Of a stretch of DNA of 64,000 nt, positions 55,290-64,000 are shown piece by piece. Position numbers and translations under genes: made by a program. The stretch lies in contig JAQFVV010000003.1 of the NCBI GenBank assembly GCA_028023455.1, positions 18,972,001 through 19,036,000 on the forward strand, given 5' to 3'. Within the stretch, counting starts at the first letter, position 1. The number at the start of each line of letters is the position of its first letter. The notes under the pieces were generated by a model, which saw only the letters and a list, made by a program, of their open reading frames with translations, did not search any database and was not told where the DNA came from. Origin of the DNA: Epiperipatus broadwayi (lineage: Eukaryota > Animalia > Onychophora).

Positions 55290-55830
55290 AGCTTTAAAAT
55301 AGTAGCAAACTCTACATATATTAGTGCCACTCAATGCAAGCTTTAGTAATCAATGAATGCAAGGTTTGTGCACAAAATCCTGTCTATTGTATCCCCAGAC
55401 TAGTTTCTAGCTTGTGACTTTCATCATTGAAGAACCTTGGTGCCACCCAGTGCAAGGTTTGTACATAAAATTCTGTCTAGTGCCTACTCATCCAATATCC
55501 CCAGACTAGTTTCTAGCTTGTGGATGTCATTATTGATGAGACATGGATGAAGGCTCCTCACTAATGAAAGGTGCAAGCTAGAAACTAGCCAAGGCTTCTC
55601 ACTGATGAAAGCTGCAAGCTAGAAACTAGCCAAGGTGTCTCACTGATGAAAGCCACAATCCAGAAAACTAGACAGGATCTTGGATGAGTTGGTATTAGAT
55701 AGGGATTTGTGCACAAATCTTTTTGTATCCATTGATTACTAAAATTTACACTGGTTAGTATTACTGTGTGAAGAGTTTGCTATTGTTTTAACAGCTTGTG
55801 TAAGCATAGGAAATAGTGATCATGTGATGT
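55290..55830. mobile_element. Older family-A-related fold-back with multiplied hammerhead segments
   Basis: Two minus-strand HHR-like segments (about 55395-55440 and 55498-55540), then three plus-strand 41-bp HHR-like units starting at 55550, 55591 and 55632, ending in the gtgatcatgtgatg tail. Confidence 0.75.
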
Positions 55831-58604
55831 TTGTAATAAAATTTGTTAAATTATTGACACAAATTGACATTCCACCAATTTATAAATCCAGATATTAGTA
55901 AACAGTTCCTGTCATATATAAAGCAAAAAACATTTGAAAAATATGATACAAATTAATTTATTCCTCAATCTCATGCTATGGGAATACTTATATACTGAAA
56001 TGCTTATTTTCATTTAGTAATTATATATTCTGCGTTATAGCTAACATTCATCTTAAGAGAAGTCCCAGAATGGATCATTTAAGTTCTAGGAGTATCTAAA
56101 TAATTTCACTATGAAAATATGGATGTAGAATAGTGATGGTATTGGAAACAAAAAAATCAACAATGAATAATCAGAAAGATGTTAAAAATTTCCAACCCAT
56201 ATGGGATCTAAATTGCTTTTTTTTTCAGCCTAGTTTTAAATATAATATAATATGTAGTACCGAAATATTATGTCACACATCATGCGGTTAAACTAAACTA
56301 AACAGTAATAAAAATTTTACTTCGATTATAATGTAGTGCAATATAAATTATTAGATATGTATATATATTTCGAAATTGTTAAATATTCTCCTTCAAACTA
56401 AATGAACAAAGACAAAAGCAAATGATAGTAAATCGTCATTAAAATTGTATGAAAGTTGTATACTTATAAATTAAATTACAACAATGTTAAATGTGTATTT
56501 CTCGTTATTCCTTTGGCAATGCAACTGCTTGGCTTTGAATTTTGTGCTTTATCTTGTGATTTGGACAAATCATTATAAGTCACTTCAAATGAATGTAAGT
56601 TGAGATACTTTTATACATATAATGAAATTGAACAAGTTAAGAACTATCAATTCATTGTGAAATATTATATATATGCTTAATTGTAAACGAAGATAATACA
56701 ATGTTTATAGAATTAGATTCAAGAAAATCTCTTATCAAATGTACAAGCTAAAAAATAAGTTTGAGTCTTATTTATAGCATCTGTTTCCTCTGAAAGTGTG
56801 AAAGATTGGATACAAACAATTATTAAAAGTGAAACTTTTTATAGTTAATAAGCTTATTCTAGAGAAATAAAAAGTATAATCCTTTATATAAACTTTGTTA
56901 TGATCATATAGACTTCATTTGAAAGCCATAAATGAAATTCACAATTATTATATTGCTTTAAACATCAATATTGTATACAAATATTTTGATCTGCAAATAC
57001 AGATTACAAAATAAATAATTTTTTTAAAAAGAATTATTCCTCTTAAAATTTATTTATTTCATATTACATTGTCAGTTGAATAAAATGGGTGGGAGGGTGG
57101 GGGCGATATTTAACACAATTATAAGCTTTCAATCATATTGTGTATAACAATATCTTTTGAGACTAATAATTAAATTTTAAATTACTTAATTATCAGATTA
57201 AAACGTCTAATTCTCTATTCATAGACAATAGGCTGTTATTAATTGATAAACTATTCTTTCTAGGCTATTAAAAACAACCATATCTTTTGGGGGACTTTTA
57301 AAAATATTTATTTTTGATTAGACATTTGGTTAATTACATTCACAACAATCGCATCATTCAGAGGATTTTAAAGGTACATATTTTTGATTAGATATATGGT
57401 TAATTGCATTCGCAACTTGTAATAATAAAAACAACAATATAAGACTCCTATTTCTTCAGGTTTTGCATAAAATGACACGGTAGTGTTGCAAACAAAAAAA
57501 TCTAATAAGCTAATTCATCACACACACCCCAACTAAAGAATCTATATATACTGAAAGCAAAAATAATATGGAGGACTGAATTTTGTATGAAGGTGAAAAG
57601 TTCATATTTAAACAACATGGAAGAAGTTCAGTAATTTTTGGGAATATAATACAAAATTGAGAAAGAATAAGATGCTGCCAGTATATTGCACCATAGCATG
57701 GAAAAAGTAAGTAAGAAAATTTTGGAAGTATGATACAACTGAGAAAGAATAAGATGCCAGTGTATTGCAGCATAGCTCTTGGGTTAATCCAAACATAGTT
57801 TTAACTAACCCGCATACTAAAATGGAGAATTTAATGTTAAACTCTTAAAAAAACATGAACTGGTGTTATTAGTGAAGCAGCTCCAGAAAATAATCTCGAT
57901 ATCTATAAAAGATTAATGTCAACATCCAGGGAACAAATAGGATTAATAAATGAATTATTTTATCAAATCACACTTATGGGTGATATATTGCTTATAAAAG
58001 TAGACTAATGCATTCAATACAGACATGAGACAATAGCAATAGAAAGTATGGATTTGGGTTTATATTAGGTAAATTGTAAGAAGGACAAGTAACTTTTGGC
58101 CCTAGATAAAAATAATAATAATACATTTCTTGGAAACAACTTTAATAAAGGTGGCGTGATTATGTCAAAAGATGACTGGAAGAGACCATTCCCAATATAG
58201 ATAATATGTAACATTTTGCTGACAAGTATTCTGTATTTGTAAATTATTTTCTTAATTGGAACCATACATAAGGAAAGTGAATGATAGCTTCACTTTTACA
58301 CAGCCAATCCATAAATCATCAAATACTAGTTAGTAAAGGTGTTGTAGATTAATTTAGGTTTATCAGATGAATTATATGTGCCAACTATAAACAAAAAAAT
58401 ATGTGGTATGACCTTGACTAAATGAAAAGTCATATTCCTACAACAGCTTACAACATATTCTTTTAAAAAGTTATCAAATCACTTCCTGAATCACGTATAA
58501 ATAAGTTTGAATTTTATTGCCAACTTTCTCTTATAAGATCTTAACAATTTAAAATTTGCTGCACTTAATGCTTGAAATTAATTTTCATTACAGGATATTT
58601 CACT

Positions 58605-59869
58605 TTAGTCAAATATGTTTAAAAATACATATATACAAGCAACAAAGATTACAAATTATAAAATTATTATATAAAAGCCTTTTTCGGCAAATTATGTTTT
58701 TTTGCCCTTTTCAATATGTCTCCACGATTTAAAGCACATACAGCGACATCTATATCAACACATGAGAGAAGATAGATAAACAAATGGATATTTGACATGA
58801 TCTATTATGTGATTTTTTCCCCCCTCAATTCTACTACAAAATTACTCTGTTATATATATTGAATGGATATATATCCACATATATTAATTAATTAACTATC
58901 CATTCTTTATCCATTAACCACTTATTATTTAACTTAATGGATATTTTGTATATATTCATACAGTTGTTTTTATTATACATGATGTAGTTTGTTTCATATA
59001 TTTTATGTCTATTAACATTTTTAATATAATCAAGAACACTTATATTATCAATACAATTTATTCTATATCCATACTGCAAATAATGAACATATAACGCAGA
59101 TCTATCATCTTTCCTAGCAATAGCATCATTGTGTATGTTTCAAAGAAAAAATATTTCTTACATCTCCTTTAAATTTTTTGCATTTCTCTTCATATATATT
59201 TTAAAAAAAATTTATCATCTCGTATACACTTTAATGCTATCCTTTTTTATATAATTCCTTCATAAAATAATGGTTACATATGTTTATAGGAAAGATGATA
59301 GATCTGCGTTATATGTTCATTATTTGCAGTATGGACATAAAATAAATTGTATTGATAATATAAGTGTTCTTGATTATATTAAAAATGTTAATAGATGTAA
59401 AATATATAAAACAAACTACATCATGTATAATAAAAACAACTGTATGAATATATACAAAACATCCATTAAGTTAAATAATAAGTGGTTAATGGATAAAGAA
59501 TGGATAGTTAATTAATTAATATATGTGGATATATATCCATTCAATATATATAACAGAGTAATTTTGTAGTAGAATTGAGGGGGGAAAAAAAATCACATAA
59601 TAGATCATGTCAAATATCCATTTGTTTATCTATTTTCTCTCATGTGTTGATATATATGTCGCTGTATGTGCTTTAAATGTGGAGACATATTGAAAAGGGC
59701 AAAAAAACATAATTTGCTGAAAAAGGCTTTTATATAATAATTTTATAATTTGTAATCTTTGTTGCTTGTATATATGTATTTTTAAACATATTTGATTATT
59801 GTAAACTTGAAGTGCAACATAAAAAAAGAATTGGTTTTAATTCTGATTCTTTTTCTGTATAGTAATTTC
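58605..59869. mobile_element. Penelope-like fold-back insertion, family D (GIY-YIG C-terminus in two inverted copies)
   Basis: Arms 58609-59115 and 59288-59795. ORFs 58888..59079 (-) and 59270..59515 (+) carry SALYVH...H.I...VL...R. Candidate 11-bp TSD GATATTTCACT (58594-58604, 59870-59880). HHR-like motifs at 58669-58717 (-) and 59687-59735 (+). Confidence 0.8.
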
Positions 59870-60016
59870 GATATTTCACTAATAACAATATTTTCACATA
59901 TATATTAGTCATGTATTTTAGAACTGATAGAATGGCAGATTATGGAGCTGTGGTTCACTTCTGGTATTCAGACTTATTATGAACTCCAAGCAACAAAAAT
60001 TTTATTATTAATATAT

Positions 60017-60104
60017 ATATATATAATTATTCAAAACAATACAATAATACAGTAACAATTGTTACTGTATTAATTATTGTATTGTTTTGAATAATTATAT
60101 ATAT
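60017..60104. repeat. Loopless AT-rich palindrome (42-bp arm, one 4-bp indel)
   Basis: ataattattcaaaacaatacaataatacagtaacaa|ttgttactgtatta(atta)ttgtattgttttgaataattat, centre 60058/60059. Confidence 0.9.
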
Positions 60105-60169
60105 TTTATTATAATTGGAATACAGACATTGATTAATAATTTATATATATATATATATATTGAAACTAT

Positions 60170-60231
60170 CATCCATTGATTACTTTAGCTTGCAGTGAGT
60201 GGCAATATATATAGTGAGTTTTGCCTGTTTT
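60170..60231 (+). mobile_element. 62-bp family A fragment with its own 14-bp TSD
   Basis: catccattgattactttagcttgc...gtgagttttgcctgttttt, flanked by TATATTGAAACTAT (60156-60169, 60232-60245). Confidence 0.85.
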
Positions 60232-61097
60232 TATATTGAAACTATTGTTAAAAGTTTTTTATTCAGTTTTAGTAAAAACCTCTATGGTACATGGTTGCAA
60301 TCTTAAGTAGGAAGTTCATATCTCCAAGGCAATTTAAAAGACCTTAAATAACCATCTATAAATATTCTCGTTATGATTAAGCATTGCTGATTCAATATAA
60401 AGAAGCTCTTTATGATTCTGCTTTATTTTTTATGGCACTGCATAATAATTCTCAACCCAGATAAACAAGTTTCTTGCTTTATCAAACTTATTGATCATTT
60501 CTCTAATTCTTGGCCAAAACTTTGAACTTTCTGCTAATTTGAACATAAACTCAATTCTTCATCTATTGGAACTTTGTGCTTGAGCTCTCCCAAGTTTTCT
60601 GTGTTGATTCTATTTTCACCTTTTTTTTTTTAGCATCTAAAGCAGGATTATCTAACTTTAAATAATCCAAGGGACCACATAAAAAAAGTATTTATCTGAG
60701 GGCTGGCCACATTGAAAATAATAAATATAGTGCATACTATGGTGTTCATAATTTTTTTAATTGAAACAGTAGACAAGATACATTTGTTTATAAACAACAT
60801 CAACATTATTGATTAGTGATAGAATATAAATTATTTTAATAAGAATTCAGTTAATTTTTGCTAGCAAAACTGCTTTGGTGTACAATTTTAATATTCTAAT
60901 TTAGGGTGAAAAAAATAATCATTTTAATTAATGTTTGTTCATTATTTTGCTATTACCATTTACTTGATTTTTCATATTCTGATGAAATTGTTTCAGTTTT
61001 CTAAACTAAAGGCCTAGGCTGATATTACCTCATTATTTGTAAGACTTATTAAGATATGGCCTTCACATCTGAGATAAGTAATTCATTGCAAAATAGA

Positions 61098-61390
61098 ATG
61101 TTTCAAAGAAAAAATATTTCTTATATCTCCTTTACATTTTTTGCATTTCTCTTCATATATATTGAAAAAAAAATTTATCATCTCGTATACACTTTAATGC
61201 AATCCTTTTTTATATAATTCCTTCTTTATTTTTCTTACAGTTTCAACTGTCCTGCAGTCTTCATAAAATAATGGTTACATATGTTTAAATGTTATAGCTC
61301 TGATGAAGGCTGCAGGACACTCAAAACTATAAGCAAAATGAAGAAGGAATTATATATGAAAAAAGATTGCATTAAAATGTATATGAGATG
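61098..61390. mobile_element. Fold-back repeat, family E, with decayed hammerhead motifs
   Basis: 61176-61264 is the inverted copy of about 61303-61390. CTGATGA a ggctg cagga... at 61300. Related motifs at 29455-29495 (-) and 44595-44632 (-). Confidence 0.65.
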
Positions 61391-62734
61391 ATAATAAAAA
61401 AATTAATATATAGAAAAAAAATATTTCAAGTGCTATAGTATAAAAAACGATAAATCCATTAGTTTATCAATGTTTTTTTTTTAATCATTAGTGCAAATCT
61501 TTGCAATTTTAACACACATTAAATAATTGTTGTTTGTTAATGCAATATCATTCTATTTTCATCGAGACTGGAGAAAATATATATACTACACACAGTAGTT
61601 TTTTCATAAGTTTTTCCTTTAAATGTCATTTGTTCCTGGTCTTTCCATTGTCATCCATTTTCATTTCTAGATCAGTCATGGTAGTTTGTATCAATAACTA
61701 TATTACCTCTCTTAGTCCATCTTCTATCCAATAAATATTTGTTCAGCGTAGGAGGCCCTGCCAGTAACAATGCATTTACTAGCATAGTTCTTAGATTGTT
61801 AGACCATGTAAGTCTTCTTACCTAGATTTTATCTAATATACACATCAAGAAGTTTTTTTTAAAAAAAAATATATACTTATAAAAATGTGATTTAAGAAAT
61901 TTGTTTAATAAATACTAGTTTTAATAAATCTGTTATGAAATTATTTATATTAATATTTGTATTTTTACATGAGAAAATATTTGAAAACAAAGTTTTATAC
62001 CAACATTTTATGATATTACAACATCACATGATCTTTTTTTTTTATGTTTACACAACTATTAATAGCAACTTTTTCCACACTAGTGTAATCTAATGCAAGC
62101 TTTAGTAGTGAAGCAGTCAACCTAATACTCAGATCGAGCTTCACAGCCCACGCAATCTCCCACCACCAAACCATATTTAAACTCCATCCTTACGCATATA
62201 TACATATTTATTAATACATATATTTTTTTTGCTTAACTAATAAAATAATAACTGACATATATAGATATCTTAATGTAACTAATTTTAATAAATACTTGAT
62301 TTTATTTTAATTCATATATGTGCATAATGGATGTGTACATATTATAGATGAGGGAGATTAATTTTAAAACCTATATAAAGGAAAAATGTATTGATGTATA
62401 TTTTAAAAAATTATATATAATTTGTTATTTTTTTTAGTAATAGCGCTCATAAAGGCTGACACAATCTTATAAGAATATTCTCAAATGTAATTAAGACAAT
62501 TGACCAGAAATCCATTAGTCCGAATTAAAATGTTATAATTTTTTAACAGTAATGTAAAAATCCATTAGTGGAAATTTTATCCACTTCAAATTTTTTTAAA
62601 AATCTTAGATCATATTTTAAAACAATCGTTCGAGAAATTCTAACAAGATTGCATTGTTTTTAAAACTTACATTAACAAAAGGTGCATCTGGTCAGCAAAT
62701 TCTAGATCCACTAAGTGCATAAAGTGCCTCAGGT

Positions 62735-62950
62735 CTAGCAACTAAAATGCATTCCAAGATAAAGAGAAATAGTATAAATACTGCTAGATTTGAATCCTGA
62801 GAGAAGACTCGCAATATTTAAACAGCAATGGTAAATATAATCCACACTTGTCGTTATAACTCCAATGTGTTGTGAGTAGTGGAAATTTTCACCTTTCTCT
62901 CCGTTCAACATGATCTTCCCGCACTCATCTTCCAGGATCCTGTCACCCAT
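62735..62950 (-). mobile_element. Possible LINE ORF2 remnant (region between endonuclease and RT)
   Basis: GDRILEDECGKIMLNGEKGENF resembles the L.D..G..I....EKAE.F pattern; GC content is higher than the flanks. Confidence 0.35.
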
Positions 62951-63540
62951 GAACTTTAATGTACTGAAAGACTGAGTAATGAAATGCTATCTGCCTGACT
63001 GACCAAATCTAACTAGATCTAGTTCACTATGTCCAATGGATGCTGAAATCATCAAGAATTGCTATTAATTAACAAGGTAAAGAACTCTAGCTGCTGCCTA
63101 ATGTTTAAATTCTTAAGTTCAGCCTTCTGTAAATATTTCTCATAACCCTGTATGTCGTTTAAAATAATATTATTCTCTCAGCTAGTCTTTCAACCAGAAA
63201 TTAAATATTTCGTTAAATAATTTGTAATTTACTTACCTGATATTAGGATGTACATAACTCTATATAATTTTCTTTTATCATTGAGCCTCTATTTAATAAG
63301 TGTAATATTTTCTTTCATCTTCATGCAACAATAATATTTCTTAACTTTTATTATCGTGTTTTATATATTTAAATATGCCTATAATTCCTCAAATTCGCCA
63401 GTATGTCATTTTTATTTTATTTTCCCCCTACTTTATGGGGTGACTAGATTAACTTTAATAAAAACAAGTCTTGTTATTTTTATCTTAGCGAACGCTTGCG
63501 AATTTGGGGGAAAACAAATTAATTATCTTATAATGTCATT

Positions 63541-63586
63541 GTAGAAAAACAAAGTCAAAATCTGTAGAAAAACAAAGTCAAAATCT
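63541..63586 (+). repeat. Perfect 23-bp tandem duplication
   Basis: gtagaaaaacaaagtcaaaatct twice. Confidence 0.9.
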
Positions 63587-64000
63587 ATTTTTCTAAGAAA
63601 TGGTTTTTTTTATTTAAATAATAAGCGCTAATCTTAAAAACTTTATGAAATCAACTCTGTTTATGATGAAATAAATAAATTATGTTTAGTATAATATAAA
63701 AGCACTTATAACCGAATTCTCATATTTATTTAATGTTGTGGGAAGTTTATAGATAAATTAAAGGGGGAAGGGGAGTCTCTATTCCAATGATTATGTATTT
63801 TAATAATAAGTTTAAATAATCCATTACTGTTTAGTGTTTAAATATACTATTACGTTGGACATTCCCAATATATATATAGGTTATCAATCATTCGTCCTTA
63901 GTTTTTAAAATATATTCTTTCGTTCCAAGCATTGTATGCAAACAGGCCTCCATGTTCAAATACACATGTGTGTCTTCATGCTTCATTCCTGGGATTTTCG

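Noticed and set aside
55550-55680. CRISPR-like array (also considered for 3305-3440)
   Set aside because: Eukaryotic context, no unique spacers, no cas genes; the units are contiguous tandem repeats.
1029-63544. Most 60-110 aa ORFs in the supplied track as genes
   Set aside because: They are rich in F/I/L/K/Y/N, as expected from random AT-rich DNA, and many start at non-ATG codons. They have no recognisable domain apart from the UBE2H and transposon cases listed.

Overview
Very AT-rich (roughly 75% by eye), CpG-depleted DNA from an intron-rich eukaryote, most likely an invertebrate animal; I cannot assign the species. The only host gene I can support is the 3' part of UBE2H (ubiquitin-conjugating enzyme E2 H) on the + strand. 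It has four coding exons (7678-7717, 7967-8019, 25261-25389, 47166-47284) joined by GT-AG introns of 249, 17241 and 21776 bp. Its 5' exons were not found and probably lie upstream of the window. The rest is mostly transposon-derived: a non-autonomous TIR element with an 8-bp TSD, a decayed hAT element, a Helitron-type helicase remnant, and Gypsy and LINE remnants. The dominant signal is a dense population of Penelope-like (PLE) insertions. At least six sequence families carry minimal type I hammerhead ribozyme (HHR) motifs with a palindromic stem III. Several insertions share one architecture: an 11-14 bp target duplication, two inverted arms with 3' ends pointing outward, and a 3' tail on one arm only. 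One is a non-coding array of ~450-bp HHR-bearing monomers (retrozyme-like) nested in the hAT transposase. Three families have non-canonical cores in which positions 3 and 8 stay complementary (U3-A8, U3-A8, A3-U8). All coordinates and identities were read by eye; no search or folding program was run.
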